Assembly (NCBI GenBank): GCA_015056905.1
Contig: SVFI01000002.1
Span: 68,758 to 132,757 of the forward strand
Reading direction: 5' to 3'
Source: Lachnospiraceae bacterium
GTDB taxonomy: Bacteria; Bacillota; Clostridia; Lachnospirales; Lachnospiraceae
DNA: 64,000 bases
Below the pieces are notes generated by a model, which worked only from the letters and a program-made list of their open reading frames with translations, had not been told where the DNA came from and did not search any database. This document shows, piece after piece, positions 7,953-15,946 of this stretch. The position numbers and the translations under genes are program-made. How positions within the stretch are numbered: the stretch's first letter is position 1; every line of letters starts with the position of its first letter.

Positions 7953-9683
7953 TTATACTTCAGGAATTGCTGCAATGAGAGCATCCTTCAAAGCCGCAAG
8001 TTTTTCATCCGCATCTGCAAGGGACTCTCCCTTAATACCCATGTAGAATTTAATCTTCGGCTCTGTTCCGGAAGGACGTGCGCAGCACCATGAATCATTT
8101 TCAAGGTCGAAATACAGCACGTTCGACTTCGGAAGTCCTGTCTCAGACTTCTCACCTGTCACCATATCCGTCACTACATTTACATCGTAGTCACGCACTT
8201 TAAGCACTTTCAGTCCTGCAAGCTCCTTCATCGGATTTGCACGAAGCGCAGCCATAATATCTTTGATTGCCTGAGCTCCTGTCACACCTTTCATCGTGAT
8301 CGTGTGAAGTCCCTCTTTAAAGTATCCGTACTCTTCGTATACTTTAATCATCTGATCCCAAAGCGTAATACCGTTTTTCTTGCAGTATGCAGCCACTTCG
8401 CAGAGGCACATAACCGCAACGATAGCGTCTTTATCTCTTGCATGTGTTCCCGCAAGACATCCGTAGCTTTCTTCCAGACCGAACACATAGTTGTATGTGT
8501 TGTTTTCTTCGAACCACTTAATCTGTTCTCCGATATATTTGAATCCTGTCAGAACTTCCATCTGTGTCACGCCATATGCCTTTGTAATCACATCAGACAT
8601 ATTCGTTGTAACGATTGTTTTTACAAGGGCAGGATTTTCAGGCATTGTTCCTGTCGCTTTCTTCTCGCGGAGAAGATATTCAGCGATAAGCATACCTGAC
8701 ATGTTTCCTGTGAACGGAACATATTCGCCGCTCTTTGTATCAAGCGCATACACACCGAGACGGTCCGCATCCGGGTCTGTTGCAAGAATGATGTCTGCGT
8801 CGACCTCTTTTGCAAGCTTAATCGCAAGCTCAAATGCAGCCGGATCTTCCGGGTTCGGATATGCGAGTGTTGTAAAGTTCGGGTCCGGCATTTCCTGTTC
8901 CGCAACAACATATACGTTCTTAAATCCAAGCTCGGAAAGAATACGTTTTACCGGCACAAGACCTGTTCCGTTGAACGGTGAGTACACAATCTTAAGCTCG
9001 TCAGATACCTCATCAATGATATCCTGGTGTACAATCTGTTTTTTAAGTTCCACCATGTACGCGTCGTCAATTTCTTTTCCGATGATAGTGAGAAGTCCGT
9101 CTGCTTTGGCTTTTTCCTCATCCATCGTTTTAACTGCATGGAAATCTGTTACTGCCTTTACTTCCTCAATAATCTCAACATCCTTCGGCGATGTTACCTG
9201 TGCACCGTCTGCCCAGTATACTTTGTAGCCGTTGTACTCAGGCGGATTGTGGCTGGCAGTCACAACGATACCTGCGGTACATCCAAGCTTACGGACTGCA
9301 AATGAAAGTTCCGGTGTCGGACGAAGCGCGTCGAACAAATATGCTTTAATTCCGTTTGCACACAGGCAGAGAGCAGCTTCTTTTGCAAATTCAGGTGAGA
9401 AACGTCTTGAATCATATGCAATCGCAACACCCATATCAGCGCTTCCCTGTTTTAAAATATAGTTGGCAAGTCCCTGTGTTGCTTTACGTACCGTATAAAA
9501 ATTCATACGGTTTGTACCTGCACCGATGACACCTCTAAGTCCACCGGTACCAAACTCAAGGTCTTTATAAAATCTGTCTTCTACCTCGGCCTCATCATTA
9601 CGAATCGCGAGAAGTTCCTTTTTGGTTTCCTGATCGAAATAATCATCTTCCAACCAGAATTCAAACATTTCTTTGTAGCTCAT
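7953..9683 (-). CDS. pgcA: Alpha-phosphoglucomutase / phosphomannomutase
   Basis: The active-site block is TASHNPPEYNGYKVY and the metal loop is ATDPDADRLG. The length is about 576 aa. The ATG at 9683 has an AGGAGG RBS 10 nt upstream. Confidence 0.9.
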   Translation of the reverse strand: MSYKEMFEFWLEDDYFDQETKKELLAIRNDEAEVEDRFYKDLEFGTGGLRGVIGAGTNRMNFYTVRKATQGLANYILKQGSADMGVAIAYDSRRFSPEFAKEAALCLCANGIKAYLFDALRPTPELSFAVRKLGCTAGIVVTASHNPPEYNGYKVYWADGAQVTSPKDVEIIEEVKAVTDFHAVKTMDEEKAKADGLLTIIGKEIDDAYMVELKKQIVHQDIIDEVSDELKIVYSPFNGTGLVPVKRILSELGFKNVYVVAEQEMPDPNFTTLAYPNPEDPAAFELAIKLAKEVDADIILATDPDADRLGVYALDTKSGEYVPFTGNMSGMLIAEYLLREKKATGTMPENPALVKTIVTTNMSDVITKAYGVTQMEVLTGFKYIGEQIKWFEENNTYNYVFGLEESYGCLAGTHARDKDAIVAVMCLCEVAAYCKKNGITLWDQMIKVYEEYGYFKEGLHTITMKGVTGAQAIKDIMAALRANPMKELAGLKVLKVRDYDVNVVTDMVTGEKSETGLPKSNVLYFDLENDSWCCARPSGTEPKIKFYMGIKGESLADADEKLAALKDALIAAIPEV

Positions 9684-9731
9684 CTTTTCATATCCTCCTA
9701 TTTCTAAACATAATTGCATTGTTTACAGTTT

Positions 9732-11732
9732 TTATTGTTTCGCCCGTTTCCAATTCACGGTGAAATCGGAATGGTCGAGCGAGAAATTCGGATTGTAATA
9801 CGGGTCACCCTTGGCAAGAACCGTCTCCCATTTTGCTTTAAATCTGTCAGATTCCTGCTGATAGCGGATTGCCCTTGCATCGTCTTTGTCCGATCCTCTT
9901 GATTTCGATTCAAAGTGATACAGCTCCGCAAACGGAGTGAAAATATTCAAAAGTCCTTTTTCTCTTACCTTTAAACAGAAATCCACGTCATTGAGAGCAA
10001 CCGCAAACTCTTCATCAAGTCCGCCGAGCTCCTCGTATAGCGATTTCTTTACGAGCATACATGCGCCCGTCACCGCCGTCACATTCTGTGCGTAGCAGAG
10101 CTTACCCATATATCCGACATTCGCCTCGGGAATGCGGTAGTGCGTATGTCCTGCCGTCCGGTGTGCGCCGAGACCGATGACAATACCCGCATGCTGAATC
10201 GTACGGTCATCGTAATAAAGCTTTGCACCGACTACACCGACATCTTCACGCAAACCGTACATCAGAAGTTCTTCTATCCAGTTCGGTGTAATCACCTGCG
10301 TGTCATTGTTGAGCAGAAGCACATACTCTCCTGTCGCATTTTCCACACCGAGATTGTTAATCTTGGAGTAATTGAATGCCCCTTTATATTCTACCACACG
10401 AACGCGCGGATGCTTACATATTTCTTCGTAATATGTGCGGATTTCGGATGTCTCGCTGTTGTTTTCCACAATGATAATCTCATAGTTGTCGTACGTTGAC
10501 TCGTTGATGATGGATTCCACACAGCGCGAAAGGTCATCGACATGGTCTTTGTTTGCGATGACAATCGACACCTTCGGTCTCCTCGCAATCGAATAACGGA
10601 TGCGGAAAATCGTCGCAAACGCACGTGTGCTCTCAATCTCAAAGCCACTGTAGCCAAATCCCTTCAGATGCTCCGCGATAGCTCCTTTGGCTGCATCGAT
10701 GGCATATGTCTTGGCATCAATACCGGAAGCGACACTTCCCTTGTGAGAACGCCAGTAATATAAAATCTTCGGGACATGCACGATTTTCTTCGCCTTCTGC
10801 GTCAGGCGGAGAATCATGTCATGGTCCTGGCTTCCGTCAAACTGACTGCGGAACAGTTCGCCATCCGCCAGCAATTCCTTTTTAAAGACACTGAAGTGAC
10901 AGATATAATTGTTTGCCCGCAGATTGTCCGGTGCAAAATCCGGTTTGAAATGGAGCGTAATCATATTGTTGATGCTGTTTCCTTTGAAAGTTGCCTCATC
11001 ACAATAAATATAATCCGCATTCTGCTCGCAAATAACTTTCACATATTCATACAAAACACTCGGATGAAGGAGGTCATCGTGGTCAAATAATCCGATGTAA
11101 TCTCCCGTTGCCATCTCATAGCACCGGTTCGTATTTCCGGAAATCCCTTCGTTCTTCTCCAGCTTTTTGTAAACAATTCTCGCATCCTTTTCTCTGTACG
11201 CGTTACAGATCTCGCCGACAAACGCATGCTCATCGTCCGAGCCGTCCGCAAGACAAAGTTCCCAATTTCCGTATGTCTGCACCTGCACAGACTCTATCAT
11301 CTCGCGCAGGAATTTCTCCGGTGTATTGTAAAGCGGAACCAAAATACTGATTTTGATTTCCTTCTCAAATGTCGTCTCCGCTTCGAGCTTTCGCTGCGCT
11401 GCACTCGGAAAGCTTCCTGTTCCGTGAATCTTAATTGCTTTCTTTTCACGGTACTTGCTCAAAAGTTTCCGGGCGATTCCTTTCGGATTTCCGTGGCATA
11501 AGATACGATTCTTTGTCGCTATAAAGAAATTAATCACGACACGAAACGGTTTTGCCAGTTTCCAGAAAATCGAGCCTTTAATCTTGTTCAGCTTACGCTC
11601 TAAATCCTCAACCTGTCTCTGACTGTCCGCCAGGCGGTAGGTCAGCTTTTCATTTTTTTCTTTTTCTCTCTCATACAGATCTTTATAATAGGCGACCATG
11701 TCTGTTCCGGTCGTCATCTTTTCCTCTGCCAT
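9732..11732 (-). CDS. Tandem-GT2 glycosyltransferase with an N-terminal coiled coil (candidate polymerising enzyme of the ABC-dependent polymer)
   Basis: 666 aa. It carries two GT-A/GT2 modules: ISILVPLYN...DGSDD...FDHDD and VSIVIANKD...VENNS...LNNDT. The N-terminal heptad-rich segment ends in GSIFWKLAKPFR. Confidence 0.8.
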   Translation of the reverse strand: MAEEKMTTGTDMVAYYKDLYEREKEKNEKLTYRLADSQRQVEDLERKLNKIKGSIFWKLAKPFRVVINFFIATKNRILCHGNPKGIARKLLSKYREKKAIKIHGTGSFPSAAQRKLEAETTFEKEIKISILVPLYNTPEKFLREMIESVQVQTYGNWELCLADGSDDEHAFVGEICNAYREKDARIVYKKLEKNEGISGNTNRCYEMATGDYIGLFDHDDLLHPSVLYEYVKVICEQNADYIYCDEATFKGNSINNMITLHFKPDFAPDNLRANNYICHFSVFKKELLADGELFRSQFDGSQDHDMILRLTQKAKKIVHVPKILYYWRSHKGSVASGIDAKTYAIDAAKGAIAEHLKGFGYSGFEIESTRAFATIFRIRYSIARRPKVSIVIANKDHVDDLSRCVESIINESTYDNYEIIIVENNSETSEIRTYYEEICKHPRVRVVEYKGAFNYSKINNLGVENATGEYVLLLNNDTQVITPNWIEELLMYGLREDVGVVGAKLYYDDRTIQHAGIVIGLGAHRTAGHTHYRIPEANVGYMGKLCYAQNVTAVTGACMLVKKSLYEELGGLDEEFAVALNDVDFCLKVREKGLLNIFTPFAELYHFESKSRGSDKDDARAIRYQQESDRFKAKWETVLAKGDPYYNPNFSLDHSDFTVNWKRAKQ

Positions 11733-11734
11733 AG

Positions 11735-13609
11735 TTACTCCTCTTTGTTTCCTTTGAGCATGCGAAGAGGTTTGGTTACCTTCCAGCTCGCGCTGTTTTT
11801 CAAATCGCGAATCTGCTGCTCTCTGTTGTCTATAATAAATCGCATGTCTGCTATCGTTGTCTTTATCTCTCGAATCGCCGCCTCCGACATGGAGATCTCT
11901 TCCACACTGATTTCGGCGCCGTCATCTTCTTGTGCAAAACCGCTTACGGTTAGCTGCGGCAAACAATTCTCATACAAATACAAAAGGCCACCCAGATGCA
12001 TTCCGTCTGTCTCCACCGACAAGCCAACGTGATTTCCTCCGCGGTCTGCCATCGCACCGAGCCTGAGCACCTTCGCCTCGCCTTCTTCGGATGCATCAAA
12101 ACCTGTCAACTCCACTTTGATACCGTTTTCTGACTTCGGCAATTTGTACACATAGGTATTTTCCTTCGCGCGACCTGCGTCTACTCGGCTGCGCTGTCCG
12201 CCTTCTCCCACAAGCGTGACATATCTGTCGTCAAGCCCTCTGAGACGGTCCGCAAGCTCCCCGGCGGTAAGCACCGGCTTACCTTCCTCATCGAAACTGT
12301 TACAAAGCACCTTTGCTCCGTGCTGCACCCAGTGCTGGAAGTTTGTCTCCATCGCAAGGAAAATTTCTTTCATTTCCTCTGTAATACCGGCTTTTTGATA
12401 CACTTCCGAAAACTGCCCCTGCATCGCAGGATTTCTGTTTTTGGCTTCCAAATAAAAATACAGAAAACGGAACACCAGAAATTCCACCGGTATCGGAAAC
12501 TCAAATGTCCACTCATAATCTATTACAACTGCTTTTTCGGAAAGCAGTATGTTCTGGCTGACCAAATCAATATCACTGACCGGAAGAGACCTCCAACCGT
12601 ACTGCTGCCACTTCGGAACATCACCGAACATTTCCGCAAATGCTTCCGTCATTTCAAACGAAGCAAGCTCTTTGCCGGAACTTAATCTCTCACAGAACGA
12701 AAGCAGCACCTGCTCTGCCTCCTGACACTTCCCATCCGCAAGCATCTCATCGAGCACCTGCTCCAGGCTCTTACCTTCTGCATATGCAAACCGCACGATC
12801 CCCGACGCCTCGTCGACTTCCGTCATCTCGTTGAGTACACACTCTCTGCCGAGCAGGGAAATATCTTTCAAAGTACCCGCCAAAGTTTCTTTCACATCTC
12901 TCATCCGAAGCACATGTGTTTTTGCCTCAGGAGTCACGGCACTTTTTTGCACAGAGTCATCATATAAATCCGTGCGTATCTGCGCCTGCATCCGTCTCTC
13001 ATTGGAAAATCTCGTATAATTCGGATATCCTTCGAGTGTTTCCGGAGAAATCACAAGCATATACGCATGCGCCAGATACGGATACATACCGTCTGACGCA
13101 ATGCGTCCGGTTACCTCGCGCTCATCGAACACTTCCAGACAGGCGCGTTCAAAATTGTAATAATTATCCTCGCACTCTCCCGGTCCCGGAAGGCGGTTGT
13201 CAGAATAAAATGCCACCGGAAAAGACACGGACGGGTACGGATAATACCATCTGTAGTGCACTTCCCGTTTTCCCCTCAGCTCTTCAAGCTGTCTTTTCAG
13301 AAAATCATATCCGATTCCGTTTCCTATCGCATCCACATTTCCGGTTGCAAATGCGTGTACACTAACCGGATTATCAAAATACAGAATCAGTTTACCGCCA
13401 GCAGCGAGCCGGTCGAATAAAACTTCTGCTGAAACACCGGATATTCTGTCGACAAGCGGATTCCAGAAAATAAAATCAAACTTTATATCATCGGAACTCT
13501 CAAAAGTCTGCTGCGTAGTCAGCTCAAGAACACGGGCATCATCCGCTATGTGAAAAAATCGTTTTAAATTTCCGGCGCGGTTCGTACGCATAGTCTCCTC
13601 CTGTTCCAT
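11735..13609 (-). CDS. WbdD-like chain-terminator/regulator candidate: degenerate methyltransferase-like N-domain, kinase-like core and C-terminal coiled coil
   Basis: 624 aa. The catalytic-loop-like segment is SDIDLVSQNILLSEKAVVIDYEW (DxxxxN...D, nt 12512-12574). The N-terminal Rossmann-like segment ARVLELTTQQ lacks a GxGxG motif. The C-terminus is ...REQQIRDLKNSASWKVTKPLRML. The gene lies between the ABC ATPase and the polymerase. Confidence 0.5.
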   Translation of the reverse strand: MEQEETMRTNRAGNLKRFFHIADDARVLELTTQQTFESSDDIKFDFIFWNPLVDRISGVSAEVLFDRLAAGGKLILYFDNPVSVHAFATGNVDAIGNGIGYDFLKRQLEELRGKREVHYRWYYPYPSVSFPVAFYSDNRLPGPGECEDNYYNFERACLEVFDEREVTGRIASDGMYPYLAHAYMLVISPETLEGYPNYTRFSNERRMQAQIRTDLYDDSVQKSAVTPEAKTHVLRMRDVKETLAGTLKDISLLGRECVLNEMTEVDEASGIVRFAYAEGKSLEQVLDEMLADGKCQEAEQVLLSFCERLSSGKELASFEMTEAFAEMFGDVPKWQQYGWRSLPVSDIDLVSQNILLSEKAVVIDYEWTFEFPIPVEFLVFRFLYFYLEAKNRNPAMQGQFSEVYQKAGITEEMKEIFLAMETNFQHWVQHGAKVLCNSFDEEGKPVLTAGELADRLRGLDDRYVTLVGEGGQRSRVDAGRAKENTYVYKLPKSENGIKVELTGFDASEEGEAKVLRLGAMADRGGNHVGLSVETDGMHLGGLLYLYENCLPQLTVSGFAQEDDGAEISVEEISMSEAAIREIKTTIADMRFIIDNREQQIRDLKNSASWKVTKPLRMLKGNKEE

Positions 13610-13618
13610 CCTTTCTCC

Positions 13619-14926
13619 TTACGGCTCCGAAACTTCTTCTACCGTAATCTGCGTGTTCATATCAAAAAATCCGACAGTATTTTTGTCCGATATTACCGAT
13701 ACACTGACAAGGTCGTACAATCTGTGGTACACCTTGAATTCATCTCCCACATAGCCTGTACAGCCAAGGGATATCAGATAATCCCCACCCTGCAAGTCCA
13801 TCTGCTGACGGTAGGTAACAATTCTCTCCTGCCCCTTTTCACATACCCCTGTCTCCACGCGCTCATACATCGTATTCGTGCCTGTGATATCGGTTCCCTG
13901 CGGATTTTTAATCGTAAATGTAAAAATCGGATCCTTGACCGTCTCATTGAAACGGAGCTTGGCTTTAACTTCAAACACAGAGCCTTTCTGTATCATATTA
14001 CTGAAGGCCCCGTACTGGTCAACCACCGCAAAATCCACTATCTCTGCCTGGCGTTCCCCGTAATCAAGCACGTTATCATTGATGGTGAAATGATGTTTCC
14101 ACGCACCCGGCTCTCCTTGTTCGAGTGTCAGCTTGCTCTTTCCCGAAATATCCTCCAGCGTATCCACATCAAGCTGGTTGACAAGAAGCTTCTTATACAT
14201 GTTAATCATATCTTTCGGGTTACCCTCCGCAAGCTTCACACCTTGATTTAAAAGGATAACTCTGTCACAGTACTTGGCAATGCTGCTTAAGTCATGACTT
14301 ACGAAAAGAATGGTTTTACCCATCGCTTTAAATTCTTCAAATTTGTGGAAACACTTCATCTGGAAAAATACATCTCCAACCGAAAGAGCCTCATCGACAA
14401 TGAGAATCTCCGGCTCAATATTTATCGCTACCGCGAAAGCAAGTCGCACAAACATACCTGAGCTGTACGTCTTGACCGGCTGGTAAACAAAATCGCCGAT
14501 ATCCGCAAAATCAAGAATATCCTGCAGGCGGGCATCAATCTCCTCCTGGGAAAAACCAATCATCGTTCCGTTTAAATAAATATTCTCGATTCCCGTGTAT
14601 TCCATGTTAAATCCCGCGCCAAGCTCAAGCAGGGCGGAAATACGGCCATTCACTTCCAGATTCCCGCTCGTCTTGTTCAGTACGCCCGTAATAATCTTGA
14701 GCATCGTCGATTTACCGGAACCGTTCGTTCCGATGATTCCGACACTCTCTCCCTGTCTCACTTCGAAATTCACATTTTTGAGCGCATAGTGCTCTTTGTA
14801 TTTCTTTCCGCGGGACAGACCGAGCGACTCTTTCAGTCGGTCGGACGGTTTATTATAGAGTTTGTATATCTTATTCAAATCCGAAACCCGAATAACAACC
14901 GGGGCATTCGTTAGAGTCTTTTCCAT
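13619..14926 (-). CDS. Polysaccharide/teichoic-acid ABC exporter ATPase with a Wzt-type C-terminal carbohydrate-binding domain
   Basis: Motifs are Walker A GTNGSGKST, signature YSSGM and Walker B ILIVDEALS. An extra beta-rich C-terminal domain of about 180 aa covers residues ~255-435 (nt ~13622-14164). Confidence 0.9.
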   Translation of the reverse strand: MEKTLTNAPVVIRVSDLNKIYKLYNKPSDRLKESLGLSRGKKYKEHYALKNVNFEVRQGESVGIIGTNGSGKSTMLKIITGVLNKTSGNLEVNGRISALLELGAGFNMEYTGIENIYLNGTMIGFSQEEIDARLQDILDFADIGDFVYQPVKTYSSGMFVRLAFAVAINIEPEILIVDEALSVGDVFFQMKCFHKFEEFKAMGKTILFVSHDLSSIAKYCDRVILLNQGVKLAEGNPKDMINMYKKLLVNQLDVDTLEDISGKSKLTLEQGEPGAWKHHFTINDNVLDYGERQAEIVDFAVVDQYGAFSNMIQKGSVFEVKAKLRFNETVKDPIFTFTIKNPQGTDITGTNTMYERVETGVCEKGQERIVTYRQQMDLQGGDYLISLGCTGYVGDEFKVYHRLYDLVSVSVISDKNTVGFFDMNTQITVEEVSEP

Positions 14927-15025
14927 AAGTCATTCCTTTTCTATTTTAGGTTATAAGCTTGGCTGTATATATTCTGCTAAGCGGCACGCTCAAACTATAA
15001 TATTAAACTAATATCTATACAAAAT

Positions 15026-15856
15026 TTACAGCACATCCGCAAAATGCGGTTTGAGACGTTTGAAAACGACTGTTCCGAAGATAAAAAGAACGATGGTTAC
15101 GCTCCAGAAATAGAGTGTCATCTTCCAATCTTGGAAAAACCATGTCTGTCCAAACAGCGACTGACGATAGCCGTTGACGATATAGTAAAGCGGATTGAGT
15201 TTAAACAGCGGCTCAAAAACGGTACCTTCCATTCTCGTTACAGACCACATAATCGGTGTTGCCCACATTCCGATTTGAAGTGCAATCGCAACAATCTGTG
15301 ACAGGTCGCGGAAAAACACGACCACAGAACAAAAGGTATAGCTGAGCGCGAGCACCAGCACGAACATACAAAAGCTGTAGTATATGAGCTGAATCAGATG
15401 CGGTGTGAACGAGTATCCGTAAATAAAATAAATCACAAGCAATACACCCACAAAGAACACGTGGATAAAACATGCTGCAATAATCTTAATCAGCGGAAGA
15501 ATGCTGATTTTAAAAACCACCTTTTTCACCAGATAATTGTACTCTATCAGAGCATTCGTTGAATGTGTTACCGCCTCCGAGAAGAAAAACCACGGTACAA
15601 GTCCGCTCGTCAGATAGACAACAAAAGGAACCTCCACGCCGGATTTGAACATTTCAGCTTTTGCGCTGAATCCTTTTTCAAACACGAGCCAGTAAACAAG
15701 AATGGTAATGACCGGCTGAACAAACGCCCAAATGATACCCAGGTAAGAACCTGCGTATCTTGTCTTGAAATCATTCTTGGACAGCTTCCAAATCAATCTT
15801 CTGCTATTCCATAGTTCTTTCGGAAGCGAAAAGAACTTATTAAAAAAAGTCATCAT
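15026..15856 (-). CDS. ABC-2 type polysaccharide exporter permease (Wzm/TagG family)
   Basis: It has six hydrophobic helices and the N-terminal block DFKTRYAGSYLGIIWAFVQP typical of ABC-2 permeases. The start is ATG 15856 (MMTFF...), with GGGAGAA 6-7 nt upstream. Confidence 0.9.
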   Translation of the reverse strand: MMTFFNKFFSLPKELWNSRRLIWKLSKNDFKTRYAGSYLGIIWAFVQPVITILVYWLVFEKGFSAKAEMFKSGVEVPFVVYLTSGLVPWFFFSEAVTHSTNALIEYNYLVKKVVFKISILPLIKIIAACFIHVFFVGVLLVIYFIYGYSFTPHLIQLIYYSFCMFVLVLALSYTFCSVVVFFRDLSQIVAIALQIGMWATPIMWSVTRMEGTVFEPLFKLNPLYYIVNGYRQSLFGQTWFFQDWKMTLYFWSVTIVLFIFGTVVFKRLKPHFADVL

Positions 15857-15903
15857 TGTAAATTCTCCCGTCGTCTGCTTTTTTGGCGCAAACATACTTA
15901 TTT

Positions 15904-15932
15904 ATCATACCATATATCACTTGAAATATCAA
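15904..15932 (-). promoter_or_regulatory. Candidate sigma-A promoter upstream of the ABC permease
   Basis: On the minus strand the sequence reads TTGATA (15932-15927) - 17 nt - TGgTATGAT (extended -10, hexamer 15909-15904). It lies in the 90-nt gap between the MBL gene stop and the permease start. Confidence 0.4.
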
Positions 15933-15946
15933 ACTTCTGCGGATAT

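Noticed and set aside
8491-9228. 245-aa Ser-rich plus-strand ORF (also 8304-8699 and 9027-9462)
   Set aside because: These are antisense to the phosphoglucomutase gene, whose product matches its family over its full length. The Ser/Thr richness is an artefact of reading the complement of a GC3-poor gene.
14927-15025. Unusually long (99 nt) AT-rich spacer between the ABC permease and ATPase genes as a possible regulatory RNA or small ORF
   Set aside because: I could find no convincing hairpin, promoter hexamers with correct spacing, or RBS-preceded ORF. It is left unannotated.
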